Shown here in pieces: positions 28,189-35,445 of a stretch of 35,445 nucleotides of DNA (position 1 is the stretch's first letter; every line of letters starts with the position of its first letter). The position numbers were made by a program, and so were the translations under genes. The notes under the pieces were generated by a model. The model saw only the letters and a list, made by a program, of their open reading frames with translations. It searched no databases and was not told the origin of the DNA. Source of the stretch: Bdellovibrionota bacterium (lineage in GTDB: Bacteria; Bdellovibrionota_C; UBA2361); the NCBI GenBank assembly GCA_044352465.1, contig JBILDU010000021.1, positions 1-35,445 on the forward strand. The letters are read 5' to 3'.

Positions 28189-28832
28189 CTAGCGCCTTCA
28201 GGTCGAAAGCACACCGCTCGAAAGGGGTGGTTCAATGAGCTTCGCGCTCTTATCACCAAATCCTACACTCCGGAGACCTGGGCGAAGATGCCGCGGGAGC
28301 AGAAAAGCGCCTTCCAAGTCCCCGGGAGCGAGATGGGGCTTATAGCCCTCGCCACACGGTTCGGTGTTAAAGGAGACCCAGTAGGCTCCCACGCCATCCA
28401 CCTTGAGCTCGGGGATAATATCTTTGGCGCCACTCAAATCCAAGAACACCGGAAAGCTCAGCACAGAGACTAAGGCCGTGGCAAATTGGTCGCGCTAGCT
28501 GCGCTTGTGCTCGAAGAAACGGCTCCGCTCCGCGTTGCCAGCGCTCCTTCGGGTTGAAGTATACCTGTCTAAAAAAGGGGGGGCGACACTGGCTCGTTTG
28601 ACATTGAGAGATGTGATCGTTTGTTCCTTGAGACGGCCACTGTAACTGTTGTTGGGCTTGACGGTCCGTTTAGTCATTGCGGGATCGATCCGATGGGGCT
28701 TTTGACGCCGGCGCGGGGGCTCTACGCCCCGTGAAGAAACGCACTAAACTCGCCTACTTGAAACACCTCTTGCTTGGCCACTCGCCCTCAAACCCTTTGA
28801 TTTTTCATAGGGTTAGTGCTTAAATCGCCGCT

Positions 28833-29186
28833 ATGACTACGGCTACGGAAACTCTCTTTACGAAGATCATCAAGCGGGAGATCCCCTCCACGATCGTGTA
28901 CGAGACCGATTCGGTGATAGCGTTTAAAGACATCACCCCCCAAGCGCCGGTGCATATTCTGGTAGTGCCGAAGAAGGTTATTAAAGATGTCGGCGCTGCG
29001 ACGAAAGACGATCAGGGTGTCCTTGGTGAGCTTCTCCTTGCTGCCGCTGAGGTAGCCCGCCAAGAGGGGCTTGCCCCGGACGGTTATCGCCTCGTGATTA
29101 ACACCGGGCGTTCTGCTGGGCAGACGGTGTTTCACCTCCACATCCATCTCCTGGGCGGCCGCTCCTTTGCTTGGCCACCGGGTTAA
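28833..29186 (+). CDS. hinT: HIT family (HinT/PKCI) nucleotide phosphoramidase
   Basis: LFTKII..EIP, AFKDITPQAPVHILVVP, GQTVFHLHIHLLGG, WPPG. Confidence 0.95.
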   Translation: MTTATETLFTKIIKREIPSTIVYETDSVIAFKDITPQAPVHILVVPKKVIKDVGAATKDDQGVLGELLLAAAEVARQEGLAPDGYRLVINTGRSAGQTVFHLHIHLLGGRSFAWPPG

Positions 29187-29218
29187 TTCCACTGGGCTTC
29201 ATTTCAAGAGAAAATCTT

Positions 29219-30010
29219 ATGACCTACCTCGAAGAAGATACGGTACAGCTCGTTTCAACAGGCCCCGTGAGCGAGATCGTGATCAATCGGCCGAAGAGCT
29301 TAAACGCGCTCAATGCGGATGTGCTCCAAGGGTTGATCCTCGCGCTCGACAAGCTTGCAACGATGCCCGACGTACGGGTTCTCACGATCACGGGAGCGGG
29401 GGAGAAGGCGTTCGTGGCGGGTGCTGATATCGCCACGATGTCGGGGCTTGGCCCCCGTGCCATCGCCGATTACGTCGAGCTCGGGCAGCGCGCGATGCGG
29501 GGATTGGAGCTTGCCCGTGTGCCGGTGATCGCTGCCATCAACGGCTATGCTCTCGGTGGCGGACTAGAGCTCGCTCTGGCGTGTGACATTATTGTAGCCT
29601 CCCGCTCGGCGCGCCTCGGGCAGCCTGAGGTTAACCTCGGTGTTATCCCTGGATTTGGCGGCACTCAGCGGCTTATTCAGCGGTGCGGCATCGGGGCGGC
29701 ACGGAGGCTGTGTTACACCGGGGAACTGATTACTGCGGATGAGGGTTTTACTATCGGACTCGTTGACCGGGTCGTTGAGGCAGCCGAGCTTAAAGCTGCG
29801 GTGGCGGCGATGGCGAACCTTATCGCGCAGAAAGCACCTCTCGCTGTGCAGAAGGCGAAGACCGTTATCCGGCAGTCCCAAGAGGGGCTTCTCAACTCTG
29901 GGCTACGGCTTGAGGTAGAGGGCTTTTTAAGCCTTTTCGGCACGGCCGATCGCGCTGAGGGGATGGAAGCGTTCCTGCAAAAGCGCGAACCTAAGTGGCG
30001 GGGGCAGTAG
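29219..30010 (+). CDS. enoyl-CoA hydratase (crotonase)
   Basis: INRPKSLNAL, AFVAGADI, GYALGGGLELALACD, GQPEVNLGVIPGFGGTQRL; both catalytic Glu present. Confidence 0.92.
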   Translation: MTYLEEDTVQLVSTGPVSEIVINRPKSLNALNADVLQGLILALDKLATMPDVRVLTITGAGEKAFVAGADIATMSGLGPRAIADYVELGQRAMRGLELARVPVIAAINGYALGGGLELALACDIIVASRSARLGQPEVNLGVIPGFGGTQRLIQRCGIGAARRLCYTGELITADEGFTIGLVDRVVEAAELKAAVAAMANLIAQKAPLAVQKAKTVIRQSQEGLLNSGLRLEVEGFLSLFGTADRAEGMEAFLQKREPKWRGQ

Positions 30011-30051
30011 TTCTTCTTGAGCAGCGAGTTTTTATTAGGAAGCGGCGCGTT

Positions 30052-31212
30052 ATGGGTTGGATAGACGGGTTCCCCTTTCCGTTGGGCGAAGAGGTGCGGA
30101 TGGTTCAAGAGACCGCGCGCGATTTCGCTGAAAAAGAGGTGCTCCCGATAGCCGCTGAGATCGATCGAAATCACCGCTTCCCAAAGGAACTCATTCCTAA
30201 GATGGGAGCGCTCGGCTTTATGGGCGCGACCGTCCCGGTGGAGTGGGGGGGCGCGGGGCTGTCCCAGCTCGCGTATTGCCTTATTATCGAAGAGCTCGCA
30301 GCCGCGTGTGCCTCGACGTCGATTATCGTCAGCGCGCATCACTCGCTCTGTCTCTGGCCCGTCAATGAATACGGCACTCCAGAGCAGAAGGACCGCTACG
30401 TCCGGGGACTTGCGAGCGGAAAAGATCTCGGTTGTTTCGCGCTCTCTGAACCCGGCACGGGGAGCGATGCAGCGAGTCTGACCTGCTTTGCCCGGAAAGT
30501 AGGGGATGAGTACGTCATCAACGGTACGAAAAATTGGATCACGAACGGGCCCGATGCCGCGACCTGTCTTTTGTTTGCGACCCAAGACACCGGCCTCGGT
30601 CATAAGGGGGTAACGGCGTTCGTGCACCCCATGAATCTCCCCGGGATCGTCGTGGGTAAAAAAGAAGATAAGCTCGGGATCCGAGGATCCTCGACTTCAA
30701 GCATCACCTACAACGACGTGAAGCTCACCAAAGACAACGTGGTCCTGGGTGAGAAGCAAGGCTTCAAAGTCGCGATGACGACTTTGAACGGGGGCCGGAT
30801 GGGGGTAGCGGCTCAAGCGATCGGCATCGCTCGCGCAGCTCTCAGAGATGCGCTGGCTTACGCAAAACAACGTAAAGCTTTCGGCAAATTTTTGACCGAA
30901 CACCAGTCCGTACAGAATTACCTGGCTGATATGGTGACCCGAATCGATGCCGCGCGTTATCTCACCCTAGGTGCGGCTCAATTGAAGGATGACGGGAAAG
31001 AGCACGCACGTGCTGCGGCGCAGGCGAAGCTTTTCGCCGCTGAGACCGCGATGGAGTGCGCTTCAAAGGGGATCCAAATTCACGGCGGGTACGGCTATGT
31101 GACTGATTTTCCCGCGGAGCGGCATTTAAGAGACGCCAAGATCACGGAGATCTACGAGGGTACGAGCGAGATTCAGCGGGTGGTTATCTCGGCTGGACTC
31201 GTGAAAGACTAG
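30052..31212 (+). CDS. short-chain (butyryl-CoA-type) acyl-CoA dehydrogenase
   Basis: [54 protein letters not shown]. Confidence 0.92.
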   Translation: MGWIDGFPFPLGEEVRMVQETARDFAEKEVLPIAAEIDRNHRFPKELIPKMGALGFMGATVPVEWGGAGLSQLAYCLIIEELAAACASTSIIVSAHHSLCLWPVNEYGTPEQKDRYVRGLASGKDLGCFALSEPGTGSDAASLTCFARKVGDEYVINGTKNWITNGPDAATCLLFATQDTGLGHKGVTAFVHPMNLPGIVVGKKEDKLGIRGSSTSSITYNDVKLTKDNVVLGEKQGFKVAMTTLNGGRMGVAAQAIGIARAALRDALAYAKQRKAFGKFLTEHQSVQNYLADMVTRIDAARYLTLGAAQLKDDGKEHARAAAQAKLFAAETAMECASKGIQIHGGYGYVTDFPAERHLRDAKITEIYEGTSEIQRVVISAGLVKD

Positions 31213-31240
31213 AAAACGAAATCTCTTCGAGGAACGTTGT

Positions 31241-32932
31241 ATGAGTAAGAAGGGCACCCCAGAAACTAAAGCAACTCCCGCTCCGGTAAAGAAGAGCGGC
31301 TCGTATGCCGAATGGCGTGAGGCCAAGTATCGCGCCCAAAAAGAGCGCAAGAACCGGTTCGCTTCGATCAGTTTTCGGGTGCAGGACGAGCTGGTGACTC
31401 CGGAGAACCAAGGGGATTTCGATTATCAAGAGAAACTCGGGTTTCCCGGAGAGTATCCGTTTACCCGGGGGGTTCAGCCCTCGATGTACCGAGGACGGTT
31501 GTGGACGATGCGGCAGTTTGCGGGGTTCGGATCGCCTGAGGATACGAATCGTCGCTTTAAGTATCTCCTAGAGCACGGCCAGACAGGGCTTTCAACCGCA
31601 TTTGATATGCCATCGTTGATGGGCTACGACCCGGACCATCCGAAATCGAAGGGGGAAGTGGGGCGCGAGGGGGTGAGCGTTTCGTGTATTGACGATATGG
31701 ATCGCCTTTTCTCGGGAATCGCGCTTGATCAAGTCACGACCTCGATGACGATCAATTGCACGGCGACGGTGGCGTTGGCTTTCTATTTCGCGGTTGCGAA
31801 GCGGCGGGGCATTTCCTTTGATAAGCTCGGTGGCACGATCCAGAACGATATGTTCAAGGAGTTCATCGCTCAGAAGGAGTGGATTTGCCCCCCGAAGCCT
31901 GCGGTGAAACTCGTGTGCGATGTGATCGAATTCTGTGCAAAGGAAGCGCCGAAATTTAATCCGGTGTCGATCAGCGGCTACCATATCCGTGAAGCGGGGG
32001 CGACCGCGGTGCAGGAGCTCGCGTTTACGTTGGCCGATGGCCTCGGGTACGTTGAGCACTGCGTCGAGCGGGGGATTCCGGTTGATGAGTTTGCTCCCCG
32101 TTTGTCTTTCTTTTTCGATGTTCATAACGACTTTTTTGAGGAGATCGCCAAGTTTCGCGCCGCCCGCCGGATCTGGGCGAAGCTGATGCGCGAGCGGTAC
32201 GGAGCGAAGTCGGAAAAGTCGATGATGCTCCGGACCCACGCTCAGACCGCGGGGGTGAGCCTTACCGCTCAACAACCGATGAACAACGTTGCCCGAGTGG
32301 CATTACAGGCCTTGGCTGCCGTCCTGGGAGGGGTCCAATCGCTTCACACGAACTCGATGGATGAGACGTTGTCGCTTCCGACGGAGAATGCGGCGAAGGT
32401 GGCCTTGCGGACCCAACAGATTATAGCGGAGGAGAGCGGTGTTACGAACATCATCGATCCGCTGGGCGGCTCGTACTATGTTGAGAAGCTCACCGATGAG
32501 ATCGAAGCCGAGGCGATGGAATATATCGACAAGATCGCGGCGCTCGGCGGTATGCTGAAAGCTGTGGAGCTCGGCTTCCCACAGAAGGAGATCGCCGAGG
32601 CTTCCTATCAGTTCCAGCTCCTCGTCGACTCAAAGGAAAACCCGATCGTTGGTGTCAATAAATATGCCGATGATGCGGAGCAGGAGATCCCGACGCTTCA
32701 TATCGACTATGCGGTCGAGAAGAATCAGATTGAGTTTGTGAAGGCGTTTAAGGCGCGGCGCGATAAGTCGAAATGGGAGGCGGCGATGGCTAAGCTCAAA
32801 GCCACCTGCTGCGAGGGGGGAAACGTGATGCCGGTATTGATTGAGGGGGTTGAGGCGGGAGTAACACTCGGCGAGGTATCGGACGTTTACCGTGAGGTAT
32901 TCGGGGTGTATACTGACCCCGGTTTAATTTAG
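31241..32932 (+). CDS. icmA: B12-dependent acyl-CoA mutase large subunit, isobutyryl-CoA mutase type
   Basis: [19 protein letters not shown] (Phe), [14 protein letters not shown] (Gln), [10 protein letters not shown]; no B12 domain. Confidence 0.85.
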   Translation: MSKKGTPETKATPAPVKKSGSYAEWREAKYRAQKERKNRFASISFRVQDELVTPENQGDFDYQEKLGFPGEYPFTRGVQPSMYRGRLWTMRQFAGFGSPEDTNRRFKYLLEHGQTGLSTAFDMPSLMGYDPDHPKSKGEVGREGVSVSCIDDMDRLFSGIALDQVTTSMTINCTATVALAFYFAVAKRRGISFDKLGGTIQNDMFKEFIAQKEWICPPKPAVKLVCDVIEFCAKEAPKFNPVSISGYHIREAGATAVQELAFTLADGLGYVEHCVERGIPVDEFAPRLSFFFDVHNDFFEEIAKFRAARRIWAKLMRERYGAKSEKSMMLRTHAQTAGVSLTAQQPMNNVARVALQALAAVLGGVQSLHTNSMDETLSLPTENAAKVALRTQQIIAEESGVTNIIDPLGGSYYVEKLTDEIEAEAMEYIDKIAALGGMLKAVELGFPQKEIAEASYQFQLLVDSKENPIVGVNKYADDAEQEIPTLHIDYAVEKNQIEFVKAFKARRDKSKWEAAMAKLKATCCEGGNVMPVLIEGVEAGVTLGEVSDVYREVFGVYTDPGLI

Positions 32933-33053
32933 TATTCGGTTGAGCGGGTTGGTTTCCCGCGGCGGAACCCCTCTATAACGATTTGCGCGGTTACGTTGTT
33001 GTCCCCGCGGGGGGCGGCGTTGCGGAAAGAGATCTCACTTTTTAGGCTCTCGT

Positions 33054-33464
33054 ATGTCGACACACACATCTCCAATTCGAGTTCTTATCGCGAAGCCGGG
33101 CCTCGACGGTCACGATCGAGGGGCGAAGGTCGTGGCGCGGGCACTCCGCGACGCCGGTATGGAGGTGATCTACACCGGGCTCCACCAGACCCCAGAGATG
33201 ATCGTGCGGAGCGCGATTCAAGAAGACGTTCAATGTATCGGGATGAGTATTCTTTCCGGTGCTCACATGACCCTTTTCCCGGAGGTGATGGACCTCCTTA
33301 AAAAAGAGGGGGCAAACGACATTATCCTTTTTGGCGGCGGAATCGTTCCAAAGGATGATGTGAGGAAGTTAAAGGAGCTCGGCGTGAAGGAGATCTTCCT
33401 CCCCGGTTCCCCGACCACCGAGATTGTGGAGTGGATCCGGAAGAACGTACCGGTCAGAGAGTAA
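33054..33464 (+). CDS. icmB: acyl-CoA mutase cobalamin-binding small subunit
   Basis: [14 protein letters not shown] (DxHxxG), SILSGAH, GGIVP. Confidence 0.88.
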   Translation: MSTHTSPIRVLIAKPGLDGHDRGAKVVARALRDAGMEVIYTGLHQTPEMIVRSAIQEDVQCIGMSILSGAHMTLFPEVMDLLKKEGANDIILFGGGIVPKDDVRKLKELGVKEIFLPGSPTTEIVEWIRKNVPVRE

Positions 33465-33584
33465 GCAGCCCCCACTGAGAGTCCGCGCTCGAGTACTCAA
33501 GATCGTCGTGGTAGTAGGTACCTGCGCTCGCGAGGCGAAATTCCCGCGGTCGGGGTTGCCCCAGCCTCGCGGCTCTTTTTTAAC

Positions 33585-33941
33585 TTACTTCGTCTGATGT
33601 GGTGTGGTGCCGACCGAAACAGAGGTACAACATTCGTAAGTCACCACGCAACCGGGTCCAAACTCACTGCAGTAGTTTGAACAGTAACCGGGTGAGGTAA
33701 TCCGCGGGGTTCCTCCGCTCGGGCAGGATGTGTCAGCGGCGCAGTAGCACTCGCCTCCAAGAACCGGAGCTGAGTAACAATCCCCCAAAACAGTTTGTCG
33801 GGAGCAGACCTCAGCGCTGACGATCTTTGAGGCGCCGCCTAGCGTCGCATCCGGTTGAGAATCGATGAGCGGCTTTGCCCACGTCTCCCCCACTGAGAGC
33901 AAAGTGAATGCGACGGTGAGTGTGATTCCTAAGATTTTCAT
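33585..33941 (-). CDS. small secreted Cys-rich protein
   Basis: GGGGAG RBS; signal peptide; 10 Cys in the mature region. Confidence 0.7.
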   Translation of the reverse strand: MKILGITLTVAFTLLSVGETWAKPLIDSQPDATLGGASKIVSAEVCSRQTVLGDCYSAPVLGGECYCAADTSCPSGGTPRITSPGYCSNYCSEFGPGCVVTYECCTSVSVGTTPHQTK

Positions 33942-34176
33942 AATGCTCCCCTTCTATCATTAATTTTCTCGTCAAGCCCCCCGAGCGCCGACGGTACCCT
34001 TTGCTTGGGTGTGAAAACGTTCCCGAGTAGTATCGTTTTTTTTTTTTCTCTTTAGGGTTTTAGGAGAGTCGTGGTCAAAATGAGGGTTTTTCCTAGGTGA
34101 GAGGGCGGGACCTTTTTACGACCTCACGAAGCCTTTTCTGCGGAGGTGGAGAGGTCTGCTTTTTCGGACCGGCTCG

Positions 34177-34556
34177 TTGTTCTCTGTACCGGGGCTACTC
34201 GATACAGATGGAGGTATTTATTTAGAGTGGGAGAATGGATCGCTCCTCGCACTGCGCCCTGCCAAAAGTAGCCCCGGCACAGGGGAAAAAAACAAAAAGT
34301 AGCCCCGGTACAGAGGAAAGTAGCCCCGAGTTGCTGGTCCGTCCCAACTCCACCGACTCGATGCCAAGAACCCGCGAGCTTTATCCACCCAGCTGATGTC
34401 ACTGTTTTTCCTCATCACGGTTTGTTCAAGCGATTTGAGAGTAAAATTTGTTCTCTGTACCGGGGCTACTCGATACAGATGGAGGTATTTATTTAGAGTG
34501 GGAGGATGGATCGCTCCGCGCTCTGCGCCCTGCAAAGAGTAGCCCCGGTACAGGGG
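34177..34556. repeat. two 109-bp direct copies of an IR-bounded MITE/REPIN-like unit, plus extra IR arms
   Basis: 34177-34285 and 34448-34556 differ at 6 positions; CTCTGTACCGGGGCTACT / AGTAGCCCCGG(T/C)ACAG arms; extra arms at 34298 and 34319. Confidence 0.9.
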
Positions 34557-34626
34557 GAATTTTGGAGAAACGTGTTGGGAGGATACGCTTCGAGAACACG
34601 CTGAGACGCTAGGGTTACCGCAGGGT

Positions 34627-35106
34627 GTGCACCTTGCGGTATCAAGAACGCAGAGTGGGATACGTTCCTTTACGGCCCCTCCGGTGCTTACCTGTGGGCA
34701 GGAGCTCTCGACCCGGTATGAGGGGAGGGGAGAGGTGCTTTTGACCGCGGCTCCACTGCCTGAGGGGCAGATCCCTCCGCAGTGCCTGGATGGTTCGCTC
34801 ACCTGTAGGGCGGAGCTCCAAGGCTTCTATGGCGGCGAGGCGTCGGGGACCACGATCGATGAGGAAGCTGCTAAAGCCCGAGCGCTTGATGCAATTCAAG
34901 CGGCCTACCCTCAGTCAGCGCCGTGCGATGATTTGGCGGAACCAAACTGCGTGACCCTCGCTCTTTCAAGAAATGAGAGCACTGAGCTCGGAGACACCTA
35001 CCGCGTAGCCGCATCGGCCAAAGTGCCGCTCACGCTTCTTCTAGGAAGCCCCATAGAGCTCTCTACAGTAAACGAGCGGCGCTCGGAGGCGACCTTTATC
35101 AGGTAA
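34627..35106 (+). CDS. hypothetical exported-type protein, possibly 5'-truncated
   Basis: Frame stays open upstream to a TAG at 34540 inside the repeat; paired Cys and a beta-rich C-terminus; no signal peptide remains. Confidence 0.45.
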   Translation: MHLAVSRTQSGIRSFTAPPVLTCGQELSTRYEGRGEVLLTAAPLPEGQIPPQCLDGSLTCRAELQGFYGGEASGTTIDEEAAKARALDAIQAAYPQSAPCDDLAEPNCVTLALSRNESTELGDTYRVAASAKVPLTLLLGSPIELSTVNERRSEATFIR

Positions 35107-35445
35107 AGTAGCCCTAAGGGACCAAGACATGAAAGGGGTCGTCACGGGTGAAACGGTGCTTTAAAAAAGGAGCACCAGGTACCGCGGAGTCGGCATCAGA
35201 CGGAAGATTTCTGTTTTTTCCCCAAGGCATAATTGCGGAGGCTAAAGATTTACTCGCTAAGAGCCGACGTAGACCCCTTAGACGGGGGGAGAAATGCGCA
35301 ATCTCAAATCTTTTTGGCGGGCGGTCTGCCTTTGGTGTGTGAGCCTTACATCCCTCAGTAGCGCGTTTGCCTACACCCCGCCGAACACCGACCTTGGTGA
35401 GTGCATTCGTGTCTGTATGAGTGAGGTTAACACGCTGTCATGGCA

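Noticed and set aside
28495..28677. 60-aa minus-strand ORF
   Set aside because: No RBS or motif; cannot be distinguished from a chance ORF
32933..33053. Cobalamin riboswitch between icmA and icmB
   Set aside because: Only short GC hairpins; no recognisable B12-box, and the region is short
34177..34556. DGR template/variable repeat pair
   Set aside because: No reverse transcriptase in the window; mismatches are not confined to adenines of one copy; neither copy lies at the 3' end of a credible target gene

Overview
GC-rich bacterial chromosomal segment with Gram-negative outer-membrane proteins; taxonomy cannot be fixed from sequence alone. It is mostly metabolic and housekeeping. The main feature is a ~12.5 kb convergent polyamine/GABA locus (3723-16197). 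On the + strand it carries a C45 Ntn-hydrolase, a TorF-like outer-membrane protein and potABCD. On the - strand it carries a tightly coupled operon: gabD, gabT, a GNAT/carbon-nitrogen hydrolase fusion, a second GNAT and an FAD amine oxidase. This gene set suggests an acylation-protected putrescine/polyamine-to-GABA-to-succinate route. The nitrilase-family domain has Ser at the catalytic Cys position, so the C45 enzyme may be the deacylase. Other contents: a Cys-less HemW-like protein, tRNA-Lys(CUU), an OprO/P-type porin with a 110-nt two-state structured leader, an orphan histidine kinase, sbcDC, an AbiEi/AbiEii type IV TA pair with a candidate operator and neighbouring gene remnants, a hinT-crotonase-ACAD-isobutyryl-CoA mutase (icmAB-type) operon, and two REP/MITE-like repeat clusters. 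Family calls come from motif recognition by eye; no database searches were run.
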